Shown: positions 1 to 8,990 of the stretch, piece by piece
How positions within the stretch are numbered: the first letter of the stretch is position 1
Layout of the letters: the number at the start of each line of letters is the position of its first letter
Assembly: GCA_017430465.1 (NCBI GenBank)
Contig: JAFRMZ010000276.1
Location: forward strand, 3,957 to 67,956
Length of the DNA: 64,000 bases
Reading direction: 5' to 3'
DNA from: Oscillospiraceae bacterium
GTDB taxonomy: Bacteria > Bacillota > Clostridia > Oscillospirales > Ruminococcaceae
The notes under the pieces: model-generated
Seen by the model: the letters and a program-made list of their open reading frames with translations, nothing else
What the model was told of the DNA's origin: nothing
The model's database searches: none
Translations under genes and position numbers: made by a program

Positions 1-97
1 CTGTAAGAACGCCTTTGAGAATCAGCTCGATAACTTTTCGATAAAGCTGTTCATAAATGGGAATACGGCTCATGAAATCAATATCAAACATGCGCAT
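1..97 (-). CDS. GntR-family transcriptional regulator, N-terminal fragment (gene runs off the window start)
   Basis: Minus-strand translation from ATG at 97 gives MRMFDIDFMSRIPIYEQLYRKVIELILKGVLT, a typical GntR winged-helix N-terminus. GAAAGAAGG RBS lies upstream. Alternative ATGs at 91 and 73. Confidence 0.5.
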   Translation of the reverse strand, partial: MRMFDIDFMSRIPIYEQLYRKVIELILKGVLT

Positions 98-146
98 ACC
101 TTCTTTCTGAATGTCATAGATGTATTATTTGAATTAGTACAGTTAT

Positions 147-175
147 AGTATAGCATATTTATTCTGCTTTGTCAA
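147..175 (-). promoter_or_regulatory. sigma-A type promoter for the GntR-like gene
   Basis: Minus strand reads TTGACA (175..170), 17-nt spacer, TATACT (152..147), with TGC immediately 5' of the -10 box. Confidence 0.35.
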
Positions 176-216
176 GAGCTGTTGACAAAATAAGTTTTTA
201 TTTTTCAGGATGCATG

Positions 217-254
217 AAAAAGCACGCAGAGAAACAGCTTCTCTGCGTGTTTTT
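217..254. terminator. rho-independent terminator (bidirectional hairpin) downstream of the GH74-like gene
   Basis: 11-bp perfect stem cacgcagagaa/ttctctgcgtg (223..233 / 239..249), flanked by an A-run and a T-run. Confidence 0.7.
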
Positions 255-276
255 CAGAAATTCATAGTAATAGAAA

Positions 277-2889
277 TTATTTTTTCAGCGGAAAATCACT
301 TTTTTTGTACAGTCCGACAATATATTTCATGATATTCAGAGCATCTGTGGAATCCGGTGTTTCATTTTGGTTCAGGTCAGCGTTTTTCATTCCCTGTTCA
401 GAAAGGCTGTCCTTGCCGAGAATGGCTTTGTTCAGAGTGATAACATCCAGAATATCCACTTCGCCGGAGCAGTCAGCATCGCCCCAGACAATTTCGTCAT
501 CTGTTCCGGAAGGATTACTGCTTCCCAGTGAACCGTATACAATACCGCATCCGACTGTAGACATGTAGACTTTGCCGAATTCATTCATATCGCCGACCAA
601 GAAATTGCCGTTGCCTGTACCGCCGTAAAGATGTTCTGTATTGATGCAGACCCATGTCTTGCCGGAGTCGGTGGAACGATAGATGCCTTCTGCACCGTCT
701 TCGGTCAGTTTGCCGTACATGTAGAGCGTGTTGACACCGCCTGTTTTTTCCGGTGCGCCGTAGCCCATTGTCTTGCAGTAGAAAACATTGTCAAGCTTTT
801 CTTTTGTGACAGAACCGTCCTTTGCAACGGTTACATGATACATGCCGTAATAACCGCCGGCAAGCATCAAATCGCCTGCTGTGCCGAGATAAGCAATTCT
901 TCCTGCACTGTCGCACTGGTCATACATGCATATATCGGTGCTTGTGAAAGTCTTGCCTCCGTCCTTGCTGACGCAGAATTTATACTGTGCATCACTTGCA
1001 TCTGGCGCAGTCTTGGAGTAGAACCAACTGGAATTATAATATGTTGCATAGGCATAGACCGTATTCGGGTCATCAGGTTCAATAAACAGCATGGTCGGCT
1101 TAGAACCGTACTGAGACGGAATGCCGTCACATTTGTTCCATGTTTCACCCCAGTCATCACTGTAGGCAACACCGCCATCATTTTTGCCGGTATTGAAAAT
1201 TCTGTAAGTAGATTTGTCAATCTGTGCAATGGCAAGCTTTCCGCCTTTTGTAGAAGGTGTGAAAGCATTCCATGTTTTGCCTCTGTCGGTCGTGTAATAG
1301 CCTGCACCGTTGTCACCTTCCGCAATTCTTGCCCAGACATCCGTATTCTGAGGGCATACGGCAATTGCAGAAGTACTGCCCATGTTCGGCTGATATTGCA
1401 GGCCGATTTCATCCGGAGATTCATGCACAAAACCGTCATAGTCACCGATAGCTGACAAATCCAGACCATCTGCGGTGCTGGTGAAATCCAGAGCAACCAC
1501 TTCTTCAATACCATCCGGATGGAAAGTAAATACAGGACGCTTGTCAGCATCTGTACTCCAGATGTTTTCGGCAATAAATACGCCGTTGCCGGATGTGATA
1601 AACATTCTGTTGGAATCACGGGGGTCGGTAACTACTGTACCTGACCAGTGAATTGCCTTGTCACGAATCCACGCATAACCGCCGTCCTGCAAATATTCCG
1701 AGATGGGTTCTTGTCCCCAGCCTGCGGATTTTCCGGGGGTGAAGTTTTCCCACGTCTTGCCGCCGTCAAAAGAACGGAAATACTGGTCGCCCCATGTTGC
1801 GCCGTGTTCATCTGTCCATGCTTCCCAGAGCTGGTCTTCCCACTTTCCGCATGTGCCGGCAATCATGTGGTCAGGATTGGACGGGTCAGCCCAGACAGAG
1901 CCGAAACCTTTGGAACTGTCCAGAATTTGTGTTACTGTTCCGGTTTTGGGTTCATAGCGGTATCCGCCTCCGGATGCGCCGTTGAATGCAAGACCGGCAA
2001 TATAAGTAATCAGCAGGTTGCCGTTCGCATCAATATTGATACGGGACGGGAATACATCAGTCGGAAGGTCTTTTGACAATACTGTGAACTTGTCATCTTT
2101 TACGCTGGCAACATGAACATTTTCCGTACCCTTTGCGGATGTGCCGACATAAACTTTTCCGCCGGTAATGGCAATCGCTGCAACACCGTTCTGATGATTA
2201 TATTCATCGCTGGTAACGGAACGTGCAAGCGTATCTGTCCAAGTCGGCCATTTGGTTGTTTCGGAGAACAGACCCAAATCATCATAGCCGATAACAGGTT
2301 CCCATGTTTCACCGCCGTCAGTAGATTTAATCAAAGCAGATTTGGAATTGCTATCGCAGGTAACATCACCGCCGGCATAGATAGTCTTTGGATTGTCAGG
2401 GTCAACAGCGATAGATTCACCGCACTGACGGCCGTCACCGTTGCCCATGACTTTAATCAGATTGGTGACATCAATTTCCTTGAAGGTCTTGCCGCCGTCA
2501 GTTGTCTTGAAGATGACAGTCTTTTCTGCAGAGAAGTAAGCGCATCCGCAGAGGAAATAAACAGTATCATCATCAGTAGGGTCGATTGCCATCGCATCGA
2601 CACTGAGCAGACCTCTGTCTGCATCGTTGATGAAGTCAAGAAGCTGTTCCCAGCTTTCGGTATCATAATTATACTTGTAAGCACCGCCGACATCAGTACG
2701 GGCATACATGACATCTTTTCCAGTCACAATGCCGGATACGAAACCGCCCCCGCCGATTCTCAGTGTATCCCATGTGTAAGAGCTTTCCAGCGAAGACGTA
2801 TCCGCAGCGGATACTGTCGGAACTGCCATTGCACTGCATAGTACGGCAAAGCAGGCGGAAGCTGCTGCAATTCTTTTCCAGATTTTCAT
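277..2889 (-). CDS. secreted GH74-like glycoside hydrolase (xyloglucanase-type double beta-propeller) with C-terminal dockerin
   Basis: 870-aa ORF with signal peptide ...AVPTVSA. N-terminal YTWDTLRIGGGGFVSGIV..YARTDVGGAYKY and repeated S/TxDGGxTW/F Asp-box motifs. C-terminal dockerin GDADCSGEVDILDVITLNKAILGK...DLNQNETPDSTDALNIMKYIVGL. AGAGAGGAA RBS. Confidence 0.85.
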   Translation of the reverse strand: MKIWKRIAAASACFAVLCSAMAVPTVSAADTSSLESSYTWDTLRIGGGGFVSGIVTGKDVMYARTDVGGAYKYNYDTESWEQLLDFINDADRGLLSVDAMAIDPTDDDTVYFLCGCAYFSAEKTVIFKTTDGGKTFKEIDVTNLIKVMGNGDGRQCGESIAVDPDNPKTIYAGGDVTCDSNSKSALIKSTDGGETWEPVIGYDDLGLFSETTKWPTWTDTLARSVTSDEYNHQNGVAAIAITGGKVYVGTSAKGTENVHVASVKDDKFTVLSKDLPTDVFPSRINIDANGNLLITYIAGLAFNGASGGGYRYEPKTGTVTQILDSSKGFGSVWADPSNPDHMIAGTCGKWEDQLWEAWTDEHGATWGDQYFRSFDGGKTWENFTPGKSAGWGQEPISEYLQDGGYAWIRDKAIHWSGTVVTDPRDSNRMFITSGNGVFIAENIWSTDADKRPVFTFHPDGIEEVVALDFTSTADGLDLSAIGDYDGFVHESPDEIGLQYQPNMGSTSAIAVCPQNTDVWARIAEGDNGAGYYTTDRGKTWNAFTPSTKGGKLAIAQIDKSTYRIFNTGKNDGGVAYSDDWGETWNKCDGIPSQYGSKPTMLFIEPDDPNTVYAYATYYNSSWFYSKTAPDASDAQYKFCVSKDGGKTFTSTDICMYDQCDSAGRIAYLGTAGDLMLAGGYYGMYHVTVAKDGSVTKEKLDNVFYCKTMGYGAPEKTGGVNTLYMYGKLTEDGAEGIYRSTDSGKTWVCINTEHLYGGTGNGNFLVGDMNEFGKVYMSTVGCGIVYGSLGSSNPSGTDDEIVWGDADCSGEVDILDVITLNKAILGKDSLSEQGMKNADLNQNETPDSTDALNIMKYIVGLYKKSDFPLKK

Positions 2890-3052
2890 AATAGCTACAT
2901 TCCTCTCTTTAATTTTAAAATAGCATTTTTTCAGCCGAATGATTCAGCGTATAACTCTATTTTACTATATCTGAACTAAAAATGCAATAGAAAAATCAAA
3001 AAAAATTGCCGGCAGATTCAAAAAAGCGTTGTATCTTCCTGAAAATGCAACT

Positions 3053-3077
3053 CCCCCTCTGCTTTCGGCAGAGGGGG
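3053..3077 (-). terminator. hairpin downstream of dockerin gene 3087..3896
   Basis: GC-rich stem ccccctctgc/gcagaggggg with a short loop. The downstream T-run on the minus strand is weak. Confidence 0.45.
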
Positions 3078-3086
3078 AAAAGAGCA

Positions 3087-3266
3087 TTATACCAGACCAA
3101 CAATCATTTTCATCATGATGAGAGCATCTTCTGAATCAGGAATGCCGTTGCCGTTAAAGTCGATATAAGGAATTCTGTCAAAGGAAATATCTTCTTTTCC
3201 GAGAATTGCCTTATTCACGGTGATAACGTCCAGAATATCGAGATTACCGCTTCCGTCAGCATCGCC
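3087..3266 (-). repeat. dockerin-coding repeat copy A
   Basis: 180 nt nearly identical to 4671..4850, with roughly 100 nt of uninterrupted identity by eye, although the rest of the two genes is diverged. Confidence 0.85.
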
Positions 3267-3896
3267 ACTGACAGTTTGATGCAGTTCCAGCGGGAGAATC
3301 AGGGTATCATTATAAACTGCAAATGTGACGGTATCGCCGACAGAACAGGCATTAATATCTAATTCCGGCTGATTGGTATAATAATAGCTGAGATATTGAT
3401 ATACATTTTTGTCGGCATCTTCAAAGGAGAATGTAATGCTTTCCGGTATTTCAGTTCCATCCCAAGGATGTTCTTCTTTCTGTATGAGCATCAGTGTCTT
3501 TGTTTCCAAAAATTCTTTGCAGTTTCCGGCATAGTGTAGTTCTTCTATATCAGAAAGATAATAGTGCGGAGGATAGCTGTCATCAGAAGAATACCCCTGC
3601 TGATGATTGTCAATCAGGAGAATATCACCGTATTCATAATCGGAAGTTTTATCTCCGGTTATCTGTTTTGCTTTTTCCGGATTCATGTAGATATATTCTG
3701 TCTGATATTTTGGAATAAAATCCGAGGTCATGATTTCAGAATAGCAGTGCAGATAATAAGCACCGAAATCAGGCGGAACATTTTGTGCTACAATATAAAA
3801 TTCCTGTTCTGAAAAATCTTCGGCGAAAGCAGTCAGGGCAGAAACACCGCCGGACAAACAGCAGAATGCAGTTAGATAAGCAAATATTTTTTTCAT
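3087..3896 (-). CDS. secreted dockerin-containing protein, unassigned N-terminal module
   Basis: Start moved to ATG 3896 (MKKIFAYLTAF..., signal peptide ending AFAED) behind an AAGGGGGAAAG RBS. C-terminal dockerin GDADGSGNLDILDVITVNKAILGKEDIS...DFNGNGIPDSEDALIMMKMIVGLV. Confidence 0.85.
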   Translation of the reverse strand: MKKIFAYLTAFCCLSGGVSALTAFAEDFSEQEFYIVAQNVPPDFGAYYLHCYSEIMTSDFIPKYQTEYIYMNPEKAKQITGDKTSDYEYGDILLIDNHQQGYSSDDSYPPHYYLSDIEELHYAGNCKEFLETKTLMLIQKEEHPWDGTEIPESITFSFEDADKNVYQYLSYYYTNQPELDINACSVGDTVTFAVYNDTLILPLELHQTVSGDADGSGNLDILDVITVNKAILGKEDISFDRIPYIDFNGNGIPDSEDALIMMKMIVGLV

Positions 3897-3913
3897 ATAC
3901 TTTCCCCCTTTGC

Positions 3914-4444
3914 TCAATAATTTGTATGAGGATTGCTTAAATAAAAGTGTTGTAGCATGGGAGTAATTCTTGCTCCGATATTCCGGGTATAGCTACTACC
4001 TTTTACGATTCCTATTGCGGTATAATCAGAAACGTATCCTGAGCCTATATTGTATTTTGTGATTACATAAATAGGTGCACCACTATCGCCGTTAGTTTCA
4101 TCTGTAGTATAATACAGCATACTATCAGGTGAGGGCGTATTATTAGAATATATATATCCAAGCCCTTTAGCTATTTTATCATCATCATTATTTTGATTAT
4201 TAACCATAGCAGGTATTCCAGAAACATAGATATTAGCTTGTGAAAATGAACTGCTGTAGGGATTTTTGACAAGACCTAGGCTAAAGCGAGTTTGAGTATA
4301 CTGACTTAAATCTTCTGCTACAGTGATTAATGCATAATCTGTTCCATCAGTGCTATCATGATTGTCATAGTATGCTTTAGGAATATGCACTTCTACTGGA
4401 GTAACATAATTACCGGTTTGATTTCCATCATCTGGGTCGCATAA
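3914..4444 (-). pseudogene. 5'-truncated S1B (glutamyl-endopeptidase/V8-like) serine protease remnant
   Basis: Frame is open from 4444. It contains DYALITV (catalytic Asp region) and GDSGAPIY (catalytic Ser) but no His region, signal peptide or ATG (only an internal GTG at 4390). AT-rich non-coding DNA lies upstream (4445..4670). Confidence 0.6.
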
Positions 4445-4670
4445 TTATATTTTATATAATCTTCTAAAGTATCTGGGATTGTTAAGTAGCTTCCAGAAAC
4501 AGTAGATATTGATTGTACTTTTATTGTAGCATATTCTATTATAATTTACAATTGGTGAAAATACCAATTTTTGCTAGCAAAATTTGTAATGAATTACTAA
4601 ATATTGGATTTTATATTTTGCCGAGTAATTTCAACATATAAGGAAAAAACCTGAAATCAGAGCTTTTTGA

Positions 4671-4850
4671 TTATACCAAACCAACAATCATTTTCATCAT
4701 GACAAGAGCATCTTCAGAATCCAGAATGCCGTTGCCGTTAAAGTCGATATAAGGAATTCTGTCAGGGGAAATATCTTCTTTTCCGAGAATTGCCTTATTC
4801 ACGGTGATAACGTCCAGAATATCGAGATTACCGCTTCCGTCAGCATCGCC
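4671..4850 (-). repeat. dockerin-coding repeat copy B
   Basis: See 3087..3266. Confidence 0.85.
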
Positions 4851-6095
4851 GTCAGGGGTGACAGAAGCATTTTTTTCAAGCCAGTTCATATCAATATCGT
4901 AAAATAAGCCTGTATTGTAGAGTTTCTGAGCAGTCGCAAATGCGGTTTCTTTGGTGACATCCGTCAGATAGAAAACTATCATGTGTCTGCCGTCATCTTC
5001 AGAAGCAGGCCAGATGTCAGCGAATTTGATTTCCGTGATGCCTAATGTATCAGTGAAATATTCTGTATTCCAGTTTTCAGCTTCATCACGATAGTCATAT
5101 TTCAGAAATGTAGTTATCATACCGCCGAAATAATTGGCATCAGGTCTTACCTCAAAGGGCAGGGAAATATCTTCTGTCGGAGTTGTTTCTTCTTCGGTGG
5201 CGAGATAAGTTTTGGCATCCAAGTCAACACTGTAGAATAAGCCGGTATCATAGAGTTTTTGAGCGACTTCGAGGGCGGTTTCGGGAGTGTCATCCGTCGG
5301 ATAGAAGAAAACACATCTTCTGTTGGTGAATTCGTCTATAAAGATAGATTTTACTTCTTTCAGATTTGTGATGCCGTATTCCTGACTGAAATATTCAGCA
5401 TTCCAGTTTTCGGATTCTTCCAGATAGTCGGATTTGACAAGAGTCATCACGCATCCGCCGAGGGTTTCGTCAGTGATTTCCGCAGTAAACGGCTGGGAAA
5501 TATCTTCTGCTGTCTGGCTGACGGAAGCTGTTTCGCTTTTTGCAACCGGAAGCAGAGCTGAATTCCGATAACATGCGAATGTGTAGACATCACCGACTTT
5601 GGCTTGTTCGAGACTGATTTCATAATCTACATTGGTGTAATCCTGCGTATAAGTATAAGAAGTGCCGTCACTGTCGGAAAGCTTGAAATTTTTGAATACA
5701 TCAGTCCCCTCCAGAGACTCTGCATAAGTGATAGTTAAATCTTTCATCTCGAAGAAATCTTCACAAGTGCCGGCTTTCCGGAGATTGCCAGCATTTCCGC
5801 CGAGCTGTGCCGGATAGGTTTCCAGAATGGTATATTCTCCGTCATAGGTGAGCACATCGCCGTAAGAGAAAGATTCTTCCGGATAGATGCGGAGAAGGTC
5901 ACCATAAGTATAGTCTTCTCCATAGTGCCACCATTTCATCATAGTGGAATTGCCTTTTGTTCCGTCAACGATGAAGAAATTATTAGTTTCATCCGGATTG
6001 AAATCTGATTCCGCACTGACGGGGAATGCTGTCAGCAGAGTGCCCATACAGCAAAGGGCGGTCAGACCTGCGAATACTTTTCTTGTATTTTTCAT
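4671..6095 (-). CDS. secreted dockerin-containing protein with unassigned module and an internal ~95-aa tandem duplication
   Basis: 474 aa. AAGGAGG RBS, signal peptide MKNTRKVFAGLTALCCMGTLLTAFPVSAE, C-terminal dockerin almost identical to that of 3087..3896. Confidence 0.9.
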   Translation of the reverse strand: MKNTRKVFAGLTALCCMGTLLTAFPVSAESDFNPDETNNFFIVDGTKGNSTMMKWWHYGEDYTYGDLLRIYPEESFSYGDVLTYDGEYTILETYPAQLGGNAGNLRKAGTCEDFFEMKDLTITYAESLEGTDVFKNFKLSDSDGTSYTYTQDYTNVDYEISLEQAKVGDVYTFACYRNSALLPVAKSETASVSQTAEDISQPFTAEITDETLGGCVMTLVKSDYLEESENWNAEYFSQEYGITNLKEVKSIFIDEFTNRRCVFFYPTDDTPETALEVAQKLYDTGLFYSVDLDAKTYLATEEETTPTEDISLPFEVRPDANYFGGMITTFLKYDYRDEAENWNTEYFTDTLGITEIKFADIWPASEDDGRHMIVFYLTDVTKETAFATAQKLYNTGLFYDIDMNWLEKNASVTPDGDADGSGNLDILDVITVNKAILGKEDISPDRIPYIDFNGNGILDSEDALVMMKMIVGLV

Positions 6096-6210
6096 AATAA
6101 AGCCTCCTTTGGATTAATAAAACGGTTCAGGGTTTCGTTTGCTTTCACTTATTAGACGGAGTCAGAAGCCAAAAACACTAAGTGATTTTGAAAATATTTT
6201 TAAAATTTTT

Positions 6211-6390
6211 TCAGACCAGTCCGACAATTTTTTTCATCATGATGAGAGCATCTTCAGAATCCGGAATGCCATTGGAATTGAAATCAATATGGAAAATTTT
6301 ATCAGCAGAAATATTTTCTTTTCCGAGAATTGCCTTATTCACAGTGATAACGTCCAGAATATCAAGATTACCGTTTCCGTCAGCATCGCC
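6211..6390 (-). repeat. dockerin-coding repeat copy C (more diverged)
   Basis: Same 180-nt dockerin-coding unit as 3087..3266 and 4671..4850, with noticeably more substitutions. Confidence 0.7.
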
Positions 6391-7413
6391 GTCCAGTGAA
6401 GCAAGCGGAAGCAGAGCCGTATCTTCATAAACAGCGAACAGACAGTTTGTTCCGGCGGAGACATCTGCAATGCTGAAATCATAATTCATGCTGATATGTT
6501 CTGTATAGCTGTAAGAACTGCCGTTCTCATCCGTGAGAGAAAGCTGAATGTTCTGCTGTACGTCATCGGAGAGGACTTCTGTCACGGTAAGTTCTTTGAT
6601 TTCAAAGGCATCACGGCAGGACTGCGAAGAAAGCACAGCAGTATCATCGAGCTTTATCAGCAGGGGGAAGCCGTTCTTGATGTAGAAATTTCCGTCTACA
6701 GTCAGCACATCGCCGTATTTGAAATTCCATTCTGCGGATACGTTCCGGAAATCTGCGGATGTATGCAGAAGTGCACCGTCAATATGATAGTAATATTCTG
6801 CAATCCGGTTTTCCGCATCTGTGACAATGAAAAAGCGGTTGTATATTTTTTCTGTTCCGATAACCGGATAATTATCATAAAGAATGCAGGTAACTGTATC
6901 GCCGACAGAAACAGAATCCCAGTCGAGATAGCTGTATTCTGCATAATTTTTTTCAATCCAGTCCGTAAAGATATGATACCGAACGCCGTCCTTTTCCAGA
7001 TAAATTCTGTTTCCGAACTGGCTTCCGGTTTGTATTTCCTGAACGGTGAATTCCGCCGTCTTTGGATTATCGAGGATTGAACCTGTTTTTTCGGCTGAAT
7101 ATCCGTCAAGTTTATCGATAGAGAGGTCATTTGTCCCCTCAATGCAGGTAACGCCAAGTATGGCATTTTGGATAGTAATCATATCCCCGACAGCAAGTGT
7201 CATATCAAAATAATCGGCACTGGTATACCAAGTATCGCCGGAACTGTCAGCGAAAACATATTTTGCCGGATGTTCGGCATTATCCGTGCCGACAACGGTA
7301 TAGCTGTAGGTTGCATAAACGGTATCTTCGGCATTGACGGGCAGTGCAGAAAGCATTGTTCCGGACAGGCAGAGCGCAGTCAGACCTGCAAATAATTTTC
7401 TTGTTTTTCTCAT
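6211..7413 (-). CDS. secreted dockerin-containing protein with two copies of the unassigned module
   Basis: 400 aa. GGAGGAA RBS, signal peptide MRKTRKLFAGLTALCLSGTMLSALPVNAED, C-terminal dockerin GDADGNGNLDILDVITVNKAILGKENIS...DFNSNGIPDSEDALIMMKKIVGLV. Confidence 0.9.
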   Translation of the reverse strand: MRKTRKLFAGLTALCLSGTMLSALPVNAEDTVYATYSYTVVGTDNAEHPAKYVFADSSGDTWYTSADYFDMTLAVGDMITIQNAILGVTCIEGTNDLSIDKLDGYSAEKTGSILDNPKTAEFTVQEIQTGSQFGNRIYLEKDGVRYHIFTDWIEKNYAEYSYLDWDSVSVGDTVTCILYDNYPVIGTEKIYNRFFIVTDAENRIAEYYYHIDGALLHTSADFRNVSAEWNFKYGDVLTVDGNFYIKNGFPLLIKLDDTAVLSSQSCRDAFEIKELTVTEVLSDDVQQNIQLSLTDENGSSYSYTEHISMNYDFSIADVSAGTNCLFAVYEDTALLPLASLDGDADGNGNLDILDVITVNKAILGKENISADKIFHIDFNSNGIPDSEDALIMMKKIVGLV

Positions 7414-7700
7414 AAAAATTCCTCCTTAAAATAAATTTTGATTTGATAAGCGTTTCCCTTTATTATTATAACAACAGAAACAGATAAAAATTGGAAAAAA
7501 TTCTGAAAAATTTCTGTTGTTCATAAAATATTTACAATTTTGTGCGGATATATCTTTTATTTGACATTTTTCACAAATTCCATAATTTTTTTTAAAAACC
7601 TGAAAAAAACAGATGACAAATCCAAACTTTTGTGCTATAATAAATATCAGTATGCAGATTCGCCAGAATACTGAAAGATGATGAAGAAAGGATTTTGCTT

Positions 7701-8990
7701 ATGACACAGCAAGCCAGAAAAACAAGGCGCAAAGACAGAGCAAGAGAAGCTTTCATGCTCCTGATGCTAAGTGTTGTATTAGTATTCGGTTTCGGCCTGA
7801 TTGTCGGCAAACAGGAGACGAGCAATCTCCAGCAGGCGCAGGCCGTCCCTAAAACATCAGCAGAAGAAACAACACCCGAACCCGTTACCGAAGCAGTTGC
7901 TGTCAACGCACAGCCCGAAACAGAAACCGTTCCGGAATTTCATCAGGCAACCAGCTTCCGGAGTGCTGACTCCCAGATTTATTTAAGAGTCAATCATACA
8001 AAACAGTTGAATCTGATTTGTGACCCCAGTGTGAATTTATCCGAGGCCATCTACGGCGTGAGTGATGAGAATATCGCCGTTGTGGATGAGTTCGGCATGA
8101 TTACAGGTGTTTCCAGAGGAAAATGTACCGTGTCCGTTTTCTGCGGAACAGAAACACTCCGCATTCCCGTTACTGTTCGGGAACTGACCATCCGTGACGG
8201 ATGCACGTATGTGGATGATATTCTGATTGCCAACAAAAGCATCAGCCTGCCGGAAGACTATGACCCCGGTATGCTCCCCGAAACTGCCGAAGCTTTCAAG
8301 AAATTGCAGGAAGCTGCTGCGGAACTGGGCTTGAATATCTATCAGGGGTCAGGATACAGAAGCTATCAATATCAGATTACCTGCTATAACAGTCTGGTAG
8401 CGGCTTACGGCGAAGAATATGCGAACCATATTTCGGCCAAGCCGGGACATTCCGAACATCAGACCGGCTATACAGTAGACTGCAATACTATCAACGAAAC
8501 GTTCATTAATACACCGGAGGGACAATGGCTGGACAAGCACTGTCATGAATATGGCTTTATTATCCGCTATCCGGAAGGAAAAGAAGATATTACCGGCTAT
8601 GATTATGAATGCTGGCATATCCGCTATGTAGGCGTGGAAGTCGCAACCGAAATCTATGAACAGGGGCTGACACTGGAAGAATATCTTGATGTAACAGATG
8701 TTTCCAATCATTATGACGAAGAAAATGAAAGTGCTCCGTCAGAAACATTGGAAACTGTTTCCGGCGGAGAACTCCAGAACAGCTATGAGGAAAACAGTGA
8801 TTATCCCGAAGAAACGGCATATTCTGAAATACCTGCTTATACAGAAATGCTTCCTTCTGAGCCTGTATATGCCGAAACCCAGTATATCAGTACACTGCCG
8901 GCGGAAACTTCCGCACCGGTGCAGAATTATCAGGAAGTCATTCCGGATGATGGGGAAGAATTCATTGATGCACCGCTGATTGCTCCGTAA
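7701..8990 (+). CDS. membrane-anchored VanY/M15B-type D-alanyl-D-alanine carboxypeptidase with Big_2-like Ig domain and acidic C-terminal tail
   Basis: ATG at 7701 behind a GAAAGGA RBS. One N-terminal TM segment. Big_2-like segment (YGVSDENIAVVDEFGMITGVSRGKCTVSV). M15B motifs SGYRSY, GHSEHQTGYTVD and ECWHIRYVG. Confidence 0.85.
   Translation: MTQQARKTRRKDRAREAFMLLMLSVVLVFGFGLIVGKQETSNLQQAQAVPKTSAEETTPEPVTEAVAVNAQPETETVPEFHQATSFRSADSQIYLRVNHTKQLNLICDPSVNLSEAIYGVSDENIAVVDEFGMITGVSRGKCTVSVFCGTETLRIPVTVRELTIRDGCTYVDDILIANKSISLPEDYDPGMLPETAEAFKKLQEAAAELGLNIYQGSGYRSYQYQITCYNSLVAAYGEEYANHISAKPGHSEHQTGYTVDCNTINETFINTPEGQWLDKHCHEYGFIIRYPEGKEDITGYDYECWHIRYVGVEVATEIYEQGLTLEEYLDVTDVSNHYDEENESAPSETLETVSGGELQNSYEENSDYPEETAYSEIPAYTEMLPSEPVYAETQYISTLPAETSAPVQNYQEVIPDDGEEFIDAPLIAP

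Noticed and set aside
631-2841. Several long plus-strand ORFs (631..1455, 1648..2076, 2113..2841) and nested minus-strand ORFs inside the GH74-like gene
   Set aside because: They are shadow ORFs antisense to, or out of frame with, a well-supported 870-aa gene. Their translations are Cys/Phe/Ile-rich with no motifs, RBS or signal features.
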